A DNA stretch of 64,000 nucleotides. It comes from an uncultured Acidobacteriota bacterium (GTDB taxonomy: Bacteria > Acidobacteriota > UBA6911). The translations under genes and the position numbers were made by a program. Of the stretch, positions 18,823 to 29,786 are shown piece by piece. The notes beneath the pieces were generated by a model. That model made no database searches and had not been told where the DNA came from. It saw only the letters and a list, made by a program, of their open reading frames with translations. The number at the start of each line of letters is the position of its first letter. The stretch's first letter is position 1. Location of the stretch: NCBI GenBank assembly GCA_963809485.1, contig CAWEJX010000017.1:106395-170394 (forward strand). The letters run 5' to 3'.

Positions 18823-20769
18823 CTAATTTTGCAGGAAGTTGCAAATTTTAATGGAATCATGCGTGAGAGGCGCCGGAGGCAGGCTTTGGAGAAACACCCT
18901 CCCGTAGCTCTTGGTCAATATCCGCTTGTCCAGCAAGGCCAGGATTCCCCGGTCCGTTTTGCTGCGTATAAGCCGGCCCAATCCCTGTTTCAGCAAAATG
19001 GTGGCGGTAGGGATCTGATAGTCATAAAAAGCGTTTCCGCCGGATTCGTTGATCTGCGCAATGCGGGCAGCCACGACGGGATCGCTGGGCACCGAGAAGG
19101 GGAGTTTATCCACGACCACGCAACTCAGCTGTTCCCCCTGGACGTCGACGCCCTGCCAGAAGCTGCTCGTGGCAAACAAAACCGCATGAGGGGTGCTCCT
19201 GAAGGATTCCAACAAGGCGGACTTGCTCTTTTCGCCCTGGATCATCACCGGGAAGGGCAGACGGCTTTTCAGCACCTGGTGGACCTGCTCCATCTGGCTG
19301 TAGCTGGTGAATAGAACAAAGGCGCGTCCACGGCTGGCATCCAGGATCATCTCGAGTTCCTGGCAGGCGCGCTTCACCCAGCCTTCTTCGCGCGGTTCGG
19401 GAATATTCCGGGGGACGTAGAAAACAGCCTGGCGGGCAAAATCAAAATGGGACGGGACAATGAGTTCGCCGGCGTCATCAAGGCCGAGGCGGGCCTTAAC
19501 GAAAGAAAAATTGCCTCCCGTCGAGAGGGTAGCGGATGTCAGGATCGCGGATTCGACGCATGAGAAAAGCCGGTCTTTAAGAAGCGCGGATATATTGATG
19601 GGCGAGGCCCAGAGAAAGATGCCCCTCCCACGTATCTCGCACCAGTACACGTGTTCCCTGGAGTCGGCCTCCAGTATTGCCGCCAGGTCGCCCTGCAATT
19701 CCATGCTTCTGCGTATCAGGGCTTCAATGCCGTCGCTCTGAACCGGGATATTGGCCAGCGAGCTCTTAACCACATCCAGCTGAACGCGCAGCGCCCGGTA
19801 ATCGTCACTGATAATATCGGTGCCGGAAGGTCCGCGGCGTGTGCCGCTTCCCGGGCCAAGCGGCTGAAGCGCGTACCGCCCTTCCCTGCTTTGGAACTGC
19901 GCAAAGAACTCCCTGGAGCGCTCCGCCAGCTTTTCGATCTGACCGGATAAAAACGCAGAGGAGGAGCCTGTTTCCGCAAGCACCCGGTCTATGTCGCGCA
20001 CGAGTTCCTCGATTCGATAGTTGCTGACCATCACGCCAAAGTACTGTGTGGCAACATCCTCGATCTCATGCGCCTCATCAAAAACCAGGACCGAGTAATC
20101 CGGCAGAACCGATCCGAAATCCCCCTGACGCAAAGCCAGGTCGGCAAAGAACAAATGGTGATTCACGATAACGATATCCGACTCCAGCGCTTTCTGGCGG
20201 ACCCTCGTGATGAAACATGCTTCAAAATTACGGCATTTCTGACCTGCGCACGTTTCGCGGCGGGCGTCCAGATGATGCCAGAGGAGCATGTCCTCGGGAA
20301 GCTCGGATAATTCCGCCCGATCGCCCGTGTCGGTCCTTTGCGCCCATTTTTTGATCACCTTTATGTATTTCGGGTCGTGCGGGGAAAACAAATAAGCCTC
20401 GCCGTCGATTTCCTCGAGCCGGTTCCAGCAGAGATAATTGCTCCGGCCTTTCATGTAGCAGATCGAGAGCTTGCGTCCCAGGGCTTTTTCAAGGAACGGG
20501 ATGTCCTTGTAAAACAGCTGTTCCTGAAGGTTTTTTGTAGCCGTGGAAATGACGACCCGCTTGTCGGAAAAAATGGCCGGAATCAGATAGGCCAGGGTTT
20601 TGCCGGTGCCGGTTCCCGCCTCGACACAGAGGTGGTGATTCTGCTCAATGGCATCTGCGACCCCTTGCGCCATTTGTATCTGCCCTGGACGGTATTCATA
20701 GAAGGGATGATTTGCGGCAATGGCGCCGTTGGTCCCCAGTATCCGCTCCAGTTCATCGCATGAAATCAT
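18823..20769 (-). CDS. DinG/YoaA-family Fe-S DNA helicase
   Basis: Q-motif RPGQ, EAGTGTGKT, KGRSNYLC, DEAH, TSATL, FWQGVD, DKLPF, QGLGRLIR. Confidence 0.93.
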   Translation of the reverse strand: MISCDELERILGTNGAIAANHPFYEYRPGQIQMAQGVADAIEQNHHLCVEAGTGTGKTLAYLIPAIFSDKRVVISTATKNLQEQLFYKDIPFLEKALGRKLSICYMKGRSNYLCWNRLEEIDGEAYLFSPHDPKYIKVIKKWAQRTDTGDRAELSELPEDMLLWHHLDARRETCAGQKCRNFEACFITRVRQKALESDIVIVNHHLFFADLALRQGDFGSVLPDYSVLVFDEAHEIEDVATQYFGVMVSNYRIEELVRDIDRVLAETGSSSAFLSGQIEKLAERSREFFAQFQSREGRYALQPLGPGSGTRRGPSGTDIISDDYRALRVQLDVVKSSLANIPVQSDGIEALIRRSMELQGDLAAILEADSREHVYWCEIRGRGIFLWASPINISALLKDRLFSCVESAILTSATLSTGGNFSFVKARLGLDDAGELIVPSHFDFARQAVFYVPRNIPEPREEGWVKRACQELEMILDASRGRAFVLFTSYSQMEQVHQVLKSRLPFPVMIQGEKSKSALLESFRSTPHAVLFATSSFWQGVDVQGEQLSCVVVDKLPFSVPSDPVVAARIAQINESGGNAFYDYQIPTATILLKQGLGRLIRSKTDRGILALLDKRILTKSYGRVFLQSLPPAPLTHDSIKICNFLQN

Positions 20770-20885
20770 GTTCCGGTGAATCTCCCGGTTTAGAGTTTAG
20801 CGCATTGATGCCCTGAACACGAAAAATTCGTGGAATTCTTGTCTTTTTCAGAGTTTAGGTGCTGTATCCTTCATCCGGAGGGGCT

Positions 20886-21458
20886 ATGGATCTCAACAAT
20901 CCCGAAACAACCGTTCTCCGCCACGAGGAGATTTATCGCGGGAAAATCGTTGCGCTTCATGTGGATACTATTCAGCAGGCTTCGGGAAGGACTACCATCC
21001 GGGAGGTTGTCAAACACCCTGGGGGAGTTACGGCGGTTCCGGTGCTCGACGATGGCCGCATTCTCCTGATCCGTCAGTTTCGCTATCCGATCGGGAAATT
21101 CATACTTGAGCTTCCTGCAGGCAAACTGGACAGCGGCCAGCCGCCTCTGGAAACCATGGCGCGCGAGCTCGAGGAGGAAATCGGCCATCAGGCCGGCAGT
21201 TTGACGTATCTATGCTCTTTCTATACTACTCCCGGCATCAGCGACGAACTGATCCATTTTTTTGTTGCGCGCAAACTCACACCCTGTCCCCAACGCCTGG
21301 AGGAAGGCGAACACATTACGGTTGAGGCCTATTCTCCGGAGGAATGCCTAGAAAAGATGAGGACGGGAGAAATCCGCGACGGCAAAACCATCCTGGGCAT
21401 CCTCTGGTATCAGAATCACTCCCTGCTTGAACCCGGTTCTCCATCCGGTCCGAAGTAA
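20886..21458 (+). CDS. NUDIX hydrolase (ADP-ribose pyrophosphatase-like)
   Basis: REVVKHPG, QFRYP, ELPAG, RELEEEIG, TPG..DE, DGKT. Confidence 0.9.
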   Translation: MDLNNPETTVLRHEEIYRGKIVALHVDTIQQASGRTTIREVVKHPGGVTAVPVLDDGRILLIRQFRYPIGKFILELPAGKLDSGQPPLETMARELEEEIGHQAGSLTYLCSFYTTPGISDELIHFFVARKLTPCPQRLEEGEHITVEAYSPEECLEKMRTGEIRDGKTILGILWYQNHSLLEPGSPSGPK

Positions 21459-21508
21459 GTATCCTCGGGCAGAGCCGGCTTTCTTGTTGTTAGCCCCTCA
21501 AAGGGGCT
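21455..21508 (-). mobile_element. Isolated end of the IS200/IS605-like element (copy E)
   Basis: GTAAGTATCCTCGGGCAGAGCCGG...AGCCCC-TCAAA-GGGGCT has the same loop as AACCGC-TCAAA-GCGGTT, with compensatory stem changes. Confidence 0.5.
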
Positions 21509-21883
21509 CGATCCCAGCCGATGAAAGATAATTGAAGCTTCATGCGCCATGGATATCTTTGAGGCTTTTTGAACCGCAGAATGTCGAATAATAAATTTCG
21601 AATCTCGAAGTGCTTCTGCGGTTCGACATTCAAAATTCGATATTCATTATTTCTTTGGCTGCTGTCAGAACACCGGTCAAAAGGCCTGCTCCAGTATTTG
21701 TCAAACCGATACTGCCTCACCGGCAGATCCGGTGGATCTCCTATTGGACCAATAACTCTGAGCGGCAAACCGGGGAAGATTCTTGCCCCTGGCTCCCGGC
21801 TTCTGGCGTCTATCCCGCAGTTTTCCCCGAGTAGCATGCCTCTATATGCTGCAGCCCTCTATAAATTGTGCTAATATAGGAAT

Positions 21884-22300
21884 ATGAGCAAAATAGCTGT
21901 TGGTTCGGATGTAGAGGCATATTGTACAAAATGCAAGCTTGTCCTGGCGCACACGGTCATGGCGATGGACGGCGCAAAACCGCGCCGCGTCCGCTGCAAT
22001 ACCTGCAACGGCGAGCACAACTATCGCCCCGCCAAGCCTGTGTCAAAAGCTGCGCCCAAAAAAGGCGAAAAGAAGGCGAAAACCACCACCAAAAAGACCC
22101 GGCAAACCTGGGAAGAGGTGATGCAGGAAGCATCGGCTAAACCTCACAAGAAATACTCCATGTCGGGGAGTTTTGGGGAGGGCGACTGGATTGAACACGC
22201 AACGTTTGGATTGGGCTGCGTCCAGTCTTTCATAGCTCCCAACAAAATCACCGTCCGTTTTGCGGATGCCACCCGGATGCTTGTCTGCAACCGAGCTTAG
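21884..22300 (+). CDS. Hypothetical Zn-finger protein (CTKC...CNTC, H..FG.G.V C-terminal domain)
   Basis: Two CxxC motifs, basic linker; adjacent to the RluA-family gene. Confidence 0.75.
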   Translation: MSKIAVGSDVEAYCTKCKLVLAHTVMAMDGAKPRRVRCNTCNGEHNYRPAKPVSKAAPKKGEKKAKTTTKKTRQTWEEVMQEASAKPHKKYSMSGSFGEGDWIEHATFGLGCVQSFIAPNKITVRFADATRMLVCNRA

Positions 22301-23179
22301 GTGAAAAGCACAGCCTCCGTTTCGGGTTCCCTTCTGAATACGCTCGAGCTCCTAGTGCCGGGAGCTTCCAGGCGAACATTGCGTCAAATGCTGGACCAGG
22401 GCCGGATCCTTTTGAACGGCAGCGTGTGCAAACTCGCCTCTCAACCTGTCAAACCGGGCGACCGGATTGAAATAGGGCCCCGGAGCACGCCGACGGAACT
22501 CCCCGGCGGGCTGGAAATACTTTTCGAAGACCAGGATATCCTCATAGTCCAGAAGCCGTCGGGCCTGCTCACGGTCGCCACCATCGATGAGCGGGAGCGG
22601 ACGGCCTACGCGTACCTGCGCCGGTACCTGAAGGAACGCAATCCAAGACAGAAGCTGTTTATCGTTCACAGGCTGGACAAGTTCGCGAGCGGGATTCTGG
22701 TTTTTGCCAAATCCGAAAAAGTGAAATTAAGGCTTCAGGGAGTATTCAGCCGGCATGAAATCCAGCGGAAGTACTGGGCGATAGTGGAAGGGAGAGTGGA
22801 AAAAGACCGCGGGACGATTCGAAGCCGGGTGGCGGAGGACAATACACTCCGCATGCACTCTACCGATGACCCGGAACGCGGAAAGCCTGCAGTGACCCAT
22901 TTCCGCGTTTTGCGCCGTTTACCGAAAATCACCGCGCTTGAGGTGACGCTCGAGACGGGCCGCAAAAATCAGATTCGGGTTCATTTATCCGAGATGGGGC
23001 ATCCGATCGCCGGCGACCGGGCCTACGGCAGCACGCAGGATCCGCTAGGAAGGCTCGGATTGCACGCTTTTCTGCTCGGATTCAAGCATCCGACACGGGG
23101 CGTACCTGTCGAATTCCGGACCGATCCCCCACCCGAATTCGTCCGCTACCTGCCGAACGTTGAACGCTTGAACGTTTGA
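22301..23179 (+). CDS. RluA-family pseudouridine synthase with S4-like N-terminus
   Basis: KPSGLL, HRLD catalytic motif, TGRKNQIRVH, PIAGD..YG, LHA. Confidence 0.93.
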   Translation: MKSTASVSGSLLNTLELLVPGASRRTLRQMLDQGRILLNGSVCKLASQPVKPGDRIEIGPRSTPTELPGGLEILFEDQDILIVQKPSGLLTVATIDERERTAYAYLRRYLKERNPRQKLFIVHRLDKFASGILVFAKSEKVKLRLQGVFSRHEIQRKYWAIVEGRVEKDRGTIRSRVAEDNTLRMHSTDDPERGKPAVTHFRVLRRLPKITALEVTLETGRKNQIRVHLSEMGHPIAGDRAYGSTQDPLGRLGLHAFLLGFKHPTRGVPVEFRTDPPPEFVRYLPNVERLNV

Positions 23180-23200
23180 ACGTTCGAACGTTCGAACGTT
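23155..23200. repeat. Short tandem GAACGTT(N) array, about 6 copies
   Basis: GAACGTT GAACGCTT GAACGTTT GAACGTTC GAACGTTC GAACGTT, at the junction of convergent genes. Confidence 0.8.
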
Positions 23201-23251
23201 TATCGTTGCAGTTCGTGCAGCCAATTATTGTTTGCTGCATGCGACTCGTCT

Positions 23252-23881
23252 TCAGAGCAGTCTGTCCAGGTCCGTGATGCGGGCTATATGGTGGTGCGCC
23301 CCGTCTATTCGCACGCCCTCGCGAACGAGCACCGTGGTCATGCCGAGTTTCATGGCCGGGATGATATTGGCCATCATGTCCTCTATAAGCAGGCACTCTT
23401 CCGGCCGGGCCGAGACAAAATCCAGCGCCGTGAGATAAGCCCGTCGGTCGGGCTTGTTGATGAAATCCAGCATGTGTATATCGATGATGGATTCGAAGTG
23501 CCGGAGGATGCCCAGCCGCGAAAGGACGCGCCGGGCGTGTTTGGCGTCGGCATTCGTGAAGACTATCTTTCTTATGGCAAGCCGGCCCAGCATTTGGTCC
23601 AGCGCCGGATCGAAATGAAGGTAGGCTTCCAGCGGTATATCGTGAACGAAGTCAAGGAATTCATCCGGATCCACGGTATAGTGGCGGCGAAGGGCATTCA
23701 GCGTGGTTCCGAAGGCCCTGAGCAGTTCATCTCGCGATTTGCTAACCTCGTTCTTCGCTATCCCCAAACGCTTCACCATAAACAGGTTGATGCGGTTCCC
23801 GATTTCCTTCATTAAACCACTGGACGCCGGGTAGAGGGTATTGTCGAGATCAAAGAATGCGCAGCGAAGGTTTTCTATCAA
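23252..23881 (-). CDS. Pyrimidine 5'-nucleotidase (HAD, SDT1-like)
   Basis: [19 protein letters not shown]...HA, KP, IED...N. Probable TTG start at 23881 overlapping the ttcA end. Confidence 0.9.
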   Translation of the reverse strand: MIENLRCAFFDLDNTLYPASSGLMKEIGNRINLFMVKRLGIAKNEVSKSRDELLRAFGTTLNALRRHYTVDPDEFLDFVHDIPLEAYLHFDPALDQMLGRLAIRKIVFTNADAKHARRVLSRLGILRHFESIIDIHMLDFINKPDRRAYLTALDFVSARPEECLLIEDMMANIIPAMKLGMTTVLVREGVRIDGAHHHIARITDLDRLL

Positions 23882-24623
23882 GCGGTACCTCTGTTTGTGT
23901 GGGCCTGTGCAGTTTATCCAGCGCCGACTGGATGGAGTGGCGCACATTCGGGATTTCCTTCTGCAGTTCATCCAGCAGGCGGCGCATGCGCTGGCGCTGG
24001 AGATTCTGTTGCCGTCCGCAGAGATTGCCCGGGACTATCGGGTAGTTCTGAAATCCCGCAAAAGCCCGGATGTCGGATTCCCAGCAGTAAGCGAGCGGGC
24101 GGATTACGGTATTGCGGCCGTCGTTGCTGTGAAGGAGCGGAGGCATGCTCCGGGGAGAGCCTTCATAGAACAGGTTGAGCAAAAAAGTTTGCAGGATGTC
24201 GTCCGCATGGTGGCCCAAAGCGATTTTGCTGCACCCTTCTTCAACGGCGGCCTTATAGAGAATGCCCCGGCGCAGACGGGAGCAAAGGGAGCAGGCGGTC
24301 TCTCCTTCGGAAAGGATTCGTTGGACAGTCGGGTAAACATCCTTCCGAATCATCCGGTAAGGCAGGTTTTGGGAAGCCAGGTATTGCTCGAGAGTTTGCG
24401 CGGAGAACCCGGGCTGTTTCTGGTCGAGACCGACTGCAAGCAGCTCGAAACGGACCGGGGCGCGCTTTTGGAGATCCTGAAGCAGGGAGAGAAGGGTGAA
24501 ACTATCCTTCCCGCCGCTCATGCAGACCATGATGCGGTCTCCCTCGACAATCATTTTGAAATCCGCGATGGCCTGGCCGACGCCCCGCAGGAGCTTTCTT
24601 TTCAACAACAGATCTTCTTTCAT
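23850..24623 (-). CDS. ttcA: tRNA 2-thiocytidine(32) synthetase
   Basis: SGGKDS PP-loop, [32 protein letters not shown]. Confidence 0.9.
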   Translation of the reverse strand: MKEDLLLKRKLLRGVGQAIADFKMIVEGDRIMVCMSGGKDSFTLLSLLQDLQKRAPVRFELLAVGLDQKQPGFSAQTLEQYLASQNLPYRMIRKDVYPTVQRILSEGETACSLCSRLRRGILYKAAVEEGCSKIALGHHADDILQTFLLNLFYEGSPRSMPPLLHSNDGRNTVIRPLAYCWESDIRAFAGFQNYPIVPGNLCGRQQNLQRQRMRRLLDELQKEIPNVRHSIQSALDKLHRPTQTEVPLDRKPSLRIL

Positions 24624-24714
24624 TACATGCTTCCCTGCCTGCCCGGGGAGAAATTGTATCACACCGCCCCTTCGTCCATCGTCAACCGCAAATTGGCAAT
24701 GATATACTTCAGCC

Positions 24715-25458
24715 ATGGATCCTGTTCGAGTTCATTTCCTGGGCACGGGCGACGCTTTTTCCGCGGGGGGGCGGAGCCAGGCGGCTTATCTGATCCAGTG
24801 CGCGCAGGGTTCCCTGCTGCTCGACTGCGGCGCATCGGTCCTGGCTTCGCTCAAGCGGCATGATCTGGCTTCCGGATCCATCGATTCAATTCTGCTGAGC
24901 CACTTCCACGGCGATCACATTGCGGGGCTGCCCTTTCTCTTCCTGGAATACATTTACGTGGAACCGCGCCGCAGGCCGCTGAAGATCGTCGGCCCGGAGG
25001 GAGTCGAGAACAGGGTCATGCAGGTTTTCCGGGCTATGTACGCCGATTCGGCCGAAGAACCGCTGCCCTACCCCGTCGATTTCCGGGAGATCGTACCCCG
25101 GAAAGAGCTATCCATCGACGGGATGCGGATCCGGGCATTCCAGGCGCCCCACGATGAACCTCCGCTCTCGCTGGGATTTGAAATCACGGCCGACGGCAGG
25201 AAGATCGTGTACTCCGGGGACACCGGGTGGAGTGAGGATCTCGTTGTGCATGCGCGCAATGCGGATTTATTCCTATGCGAGTGCAGCTTTTTCGAGACGC
25301 GCATGGACACGCACCTGGATTATCCGCGGATTGCGGAAAATCTAAAGCGCTTCGGCGCGAAGAGGATTGTATTGACGCATCTCGGCCGGGAGGTTCTGCG
25401 GCGCCGGGACGAAATAGAGCTGGAGATGGCCCACGACGGGCTGGTTGTTACACTATAG
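24715..25458 (+). CDS. MBL-fold metallo-hydrolase (RNase Z-like)
   Basis: LGTGDAF, LLDCG, SHFHGDH, SGDT, LTH. Confidence 0.88.
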   Translation: MDPVRVHFLGTGDAFSAGGRSQAAYLIQCAQGSLLLDCGASVLASLKRHDLASGSIDSILLSHFHGDHIAGLPFLFLEYIYVEPRRRPLKIVGPEGVENRVMQVFRAMYADSAEEPLPYPVDFREIVPRKELSIDGMRIRAFQAPHDEPPLSLGFEITADGRKIVYSGDTGWSEDLVVHARNADLFLCECSFFETRMDTHLDYPRIAENLKRFGAKRIVLTHLGREVLRRRDEIELEMAHDGLVVTL

Positions 25459-25751
25459 GGTTTTTGAGATCTGCGACACGCACAGAACGCGGCGCAGGCA
25501 TGGATTCCCAACCAATTGCTTCCGGGAACGCCGCCGATTCGGAGAAACACTCAACGCTTTGCGGCGTTATGCTCATACATTGATCGAGAGCATCTACCAG
25601 CAGAGCAAGTGGTATCAGGAAGCTTCCAGGATGGGCGCAACACCCTTGGGACGCAATCGCGAAGCCTCGGGCCGCGCTTTTTGCGGCCCGCGATGGGAAA
25701 AGATGCAATGTAACCATCTACGCTCAAGATACTGCCCTGATGGCGGCCCCA

Positions 25752-26183
25752 TTACTGGGATTGCTCTTTGTAGATCCACGCCCCAAGCAACGTAGCCACG
25801 ATATACATGACCAGGGTTGTAAGGGCATCAGACACAAGCGCGTTGGCTGGAAACAATCCATAGCAAGCCGATATGGCGGCATAGGACAATGCCTGCAGAA
25901 CCCAAACAGCCAATGCCGCTATCAGAGCCGTTTTGGCTCCTGCACCATATCGGGGTCGAATGGCAGAATACAGCCAAACGGCCACAATGCCTGAAACGAG
26001 ATTAAAAACAATCCAGAAAGTCTGGAATCCGATCGTTTGTTGAACCGGGTGACCTAAGGCTTCCAGTGCAGGATCCCAAAGCTTCCTCAGATAAATCGCC
26101 AAGGCGGCATACGAGAGAATATTGAGCACGATCCCCGCCACCAAACCACCAAGAAACACACGGGACCAGTTTGTTTTTCCCAT
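25752..26183 (-). CDS. Hypothetical 4-TM membrane protein
   Basis: NWSRVFLGGLVAG...LYSAIRPRYGAG...GAWIYKE. Confidence 0.75.
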   Translation of the reverse strand: MGKTNWSRVFLGGLVAGIVLNILSYAALAIYLRKLWDPALEALGHPVQQTIGFQTFWIVFNLVSGIVAVWLYSAIRPRYGAGAKTALIAALAVWVLQALSYAAISACYGLFPANALVSDALTTLVMYIVATLLGAWIYKEQSQ

Positions 26184-26479
26184 GGCTGCCCTCTCGCGCC
26201 TTCATTGGCGCGGTTAGTTGTCAGTCGTGTCTTTGCCGACCATGGTAGGACGTTTGTTCGGGGGATTCAAGCATCGGGAACCATTTGCGGCGCGCTGCTC
26301 TCCACGCTCCTCGTCGCTGCATACCCCACTTCCGCAGTTTGTTTGCCGGCAGAGTTTTGTTGACTCTGGCTGTGGAAGGGTATAGGAATATTGCTACACG
26401 CACAATCCAAAGAACAAGTTGGAGCTCCATACGTTTACTGATGTCTCCACAACAACTGGCACACAGTTCGGAGGAAACC

Positions 26480-27148
26480 ATGAAACTGCAAAAGCTCGGA
26501 GGATATGCCTCAATCGTTTTGGTACTTGTGGGGATGGCTAGCATTGCCATGCTCGCCATCGCGTTCCGTGGATTCACGGGATCCGGTGATTCGCTGGACC
26601 CGGCCAAGATGAAGGCTGCCTATGAAGCCTCCCCTATCGCTTTTCACTCATATTACGTTTTGGGAATTTTGGGCGGCATCCTTGTGCTCATCATCGCCTT
26701 GGCTATTCAGGAGCGGATGCAAGCCAAAGCGTCTAACCTCATGCGATTCGCCGTAATTGCTGCGTCGGCTTGCTCGGCTTTATCGCTCACAACGATGATA
26801 AGCGGATTTCTCCGCTACAAACTGCTTGCGGAAACGGGAGATTTATCGGCTTACAGATCAGCCCTTGTTCTGTTTACGTGCATCGGCGCCGCGGCTGACA
26901 ACGCGTGGGGCTGGGCGCTTTTGTTGATCGGCCTGGCTGGGCTCAGCACACTTGTATTGCCTCGTGTCCTCAGCTGGCTCATCCTTGTATATGGCATCGT
27001 GACGATCATCGGATTTGCCATGCCAACCATCCCCGGTGCTGCCGGAATGGTCATCGATGTCATTTTTATTTTACTCGAAATAGTCAGCATGATATGGCTT
27101 GGAGTGGTGCTGATACGGAAACCTGAGTCAATCGCCGCACAATTGTAG
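26480..27148 (+). CDS. Multi-pass membrane protein (DUF4386-like)
   Basis: GGAGG RBS, ATG 26480, about 6 hydrophobic segments. Confidence 0.65.
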   Translation: MKLQKLGGYASIVLVLVGMASIAMLAIAFRGFTGSGDSLDPAKMKAAYEASPIAFHSYYVLGILGGILVLIIALAIQERMQAKASNLMRFAVIAASACSALSLTTMISGFLRYKLLAETGDLSAYRSALVLFTCIGAAADNAWGWALLLIGLAGLSTLVLPRVLSWLILVYGIVTIIGFAMPTIPGAAGMVIDVIFILLEIVSMIWLGVVLIRKPESIAAQL

Positions 27149-27169
27149 ATTGCAGCAAGAAGCGAATAG

Positions 27170-27202
27170 AAAAAAATGGCCGCTCTTCGGAGCGGCCTTT
27201 TC
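27170..27202. terminator. Bidirectional intrinsic terminator
   Basis: A7-T-GGCCGCTC-TTCG-GAGCGGCC-TTTT. Confidence 0.85.
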
Positions 27203-27578
27203 ATGCCCGCAATGCTTTACAGCGCCTGCGTGGCGTTTTCTCCTTTTATCCATGCCTCTCTGATATGGCCGATCCTGCATGAGCACCTCTCCCTGACGCA
27301 TTCTCCACGCCTTCGCCGTACCGCAGGGGCCATGATCTGATGCATTTATTATAGCGTGATCGCTGCGTCGTACCGCTTCCGTTGTTTTGGCATTTGTCTC
27401 TACCCATATTCGGCAGCGATTTTACACCTTAATCACCTGTCCAGTTTTTGGGGAGCACTATAGTTTTGACGGGCCACCATCGATTAAAAGGCCGTTTTCT
27501 ACTTGAGTTTTATCCTTTGGGGGCGGAAACTTTGAGGCGCGGAGCAGTATATTTTTCTATCAGAAAAGGAGACACTCA

Positions 27579-28241
27579 ATGCGCTGGACGGCAATGGTTA
27601 TAACGACAATCGCTTTGTTGTTTTTTGCAGTTGCGCCTGGATCCGCCGCCGATCCGCAGGGCGCTCAACCCAATCAGGAGAAGCTTATGAATCCTGCTCA
27701 ATTGAACGAAACGGCGCCGGACAAATTCCAGGCCAAATTCGACACCTCCAAGGGCGAGTTCATCATCGAGGTCACGCGCGAATGGGCGCCGGCCGGGGCC
27801 GACCGGTTCTATAACCTGGTGAAAAACGGTTACTTCGATAATTGCCGGTTCTTCCGGGTGGTAAAAAATTTCATGGTGCAGTTCGGGATCAACGGGGATC
27901 CCAAGCTCAACACGGTCTGGCGCTCCGCGCGTATCACTGACGATAAAGGCAAAAAGTCCAATTACCGGGGATATGTCACCTTTGCCCACGCCGGCGCCAA
28001 TACGCGCACCACTCAGATATTCATCAATTACGCCGATAATCAGTTTCTCGATAATCAGGGCTTCCCGCCCTTCGGCAAGGTCTCCAAGGGCATGAATGTC
28101 GTCGATTCCATCACGGCCGAATACGGCGAAAAACCGGACCAGGGCCGGATTCAGACGGAAGGCAATGCCTACCTGGAACAGACATTCCCGAAGCTCGACT
28201 ACGTGAAGTCCGCAACTATCCTTCCAGACGCGGCAAAATAG
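27579..28241 (+). CDS. Exported cyclophilin-type peptidyl-prolyl cis-trans isomerase
   Basis: Signal peptide; FFRVVKNFMVQFG, RTTQIFIN, FLD, PFGKV..GM.VVD. Confidence 0.93.
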   Translation: MRWTAMVITTIALLFFAVAPGSAADPQGAQPNQEKLMNPAQLNETAPDKFQAKFDTSKGEFIIEVTREWAPAGADRFYNLVKNGYFDNCRFFRVVKNFMVQFGINGDPKLNTVWRSARITDDKGKKSNYRGYVTFAHAGANTRTTQIFINYADNQFLDNQGFPPFGKVSKGMNVVDSITAEYGEKPDQGRIQTEGNAYLEQTFPKLDYVKSATILPDAAK

Positions 28242-28463
28242 GCATCCAAACCGGATCCATGCGCACGATGCTGCGTAGCCGGAATACCGGCAACACAGCA
28301 TCGTGCCACCGCGCGGCTCTCAAAATGTATTTGCCTCTGAAGAGCAGTCCCATTGATTTACCCGTCTGTCCGGAAGTCAGACTGCTCTATTATTGATATT
28401 GAAGTCAGCCCGATGCAAAGCTACCGTCGAAAATTGTTCTTTGAGCAATGATCGATTAATGGT

Positions 28464-29704
28464 ATGAATACGAGGCAGTTAATCCATAATTCTCCAGCCG
28501 CGCGCTCCAGCCTGCTGCTGAACAGGGATTATGCATTGGCGCTGCTGTCCTATTTCTTTGCCTTCTTCAGCATCGCGGTATTCTACCTTTTTCCCCTGTA
28601 TCTCGATCGCTTCCACCCGTCCAAAGCCCGCGTCGGCCTGATCATGGGCATCCACAGCGTCGCCGCCATTATGGTCCGTCCCCTTTTCGGCCGTTTCCTG
28701 GACCGGCGGGGCGGCAGGAAAGTGGCCGTTCTAGGTCTCCTCCTGATGATTATTACAATGCCCGGGTTTCACCTGGTCCAGAGCGCAGGCGTCCTGGCTG
28801 CCGTGCTTCGCGCGCTGAACGGCATCGGCTGGGGAATCGCGACCACGGCGATATGGGCGCTCTGCTCGGACCTTGCGCCCCCCGAGCGTATGGCCCACTC
28901 CCTTGGAATCATAGGCGTCGCGGGAATTGTTTCAGGCGCCATTGGCCCGACAGCCGCGGAAGAGGTCTTCCGCCGCTTTAACTTCGGAGCGGTCATGGAC
29001 CTGGGTTCGGTTATGGCGGCCGCTGCTCTGCTATGCGTGGTTGCGATAAAAAAAATACCCGTCCGAGCGAATCCGGAGCAAGATCCGAATCCGGCGCGGA
29101 TTTTATGAAGCATTCGATCGCCGTTCTGCTGGTGATCGCATCCATGCCGGTCATTCACGGCGCGGTCCGGGGCACAGTCCTCAACTTCATCGCGCTCTTT
29201 GGAACCAGCGTGGGCTTCAGTCGCGTGAGCCCCTTCTTTATGGCATTCTCAGCCGCAGCCATACTGACCAGGCTGGGAATAGGCGACCTTTCGGACAGGT
29301 ATGGCCGCAAAAGTGTCATCTTCCCTTCCGGAGTGCTTATCTGCCTCAACCTATTCTGGATTGCCGGAATCCGCTCTTACCCGCCGTTCGTGATCAGCGG
29401 CTTTGTGGCCGGCTTCGGACAGGGACTGCTGTTTCCTGCGCTTAGTGCTTATCTGATCGACTTTCTGGGGCGAAGCAACAAAGGCCTGGCGCTCGGCCTT
29501 TACATGTCTCTTTTTGATGTCGGCATGGGATTGGGGTCCCCGCTTTTCGGATGGGTGTCGGACCTAACCGGGTATCGCTGGATGTACGCCCTGGCGAGTT
29601 GCCTTCTGCTGGCTTCAACTATAGTATTCACCCTCAAAGCTCCCCGATTGGCCGAATCGGTCCCCGCCAACGCCAGTAATCCCCGCAGCATCATGCCTGA
29701 ATAG
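28464..29704 (+). CDS. MFS transporter, split by an apparent frameshift near 29100
   Basis: The N-half (GRFLDRRGGR motif A) and C-half (GDLSDRYGRK) lie in different frames that overlap at GGATTTTATG. Confidence 0.85.
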
Positions 29705-29786
29705 TCGGCGTTTGTCAGCGTTACGGGATCCTGTAACGGTCAAACTCTGCGAACCATCCAACAGAGCCCGGGGATCATCGATTTAT

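Noticed and set aside
23155-23200. Tandem repeats as a possible CRISPR array
   Set aside because: Units are 7-8 nt with no spacers, and there are no cas genes in the window.
23850-24623. TtcA second CxxC reduced to GNLC
   Set aside because: The three cluster-ligating Cys known from E. coli TtcA appear retained, so this is probably a tolerated variant.
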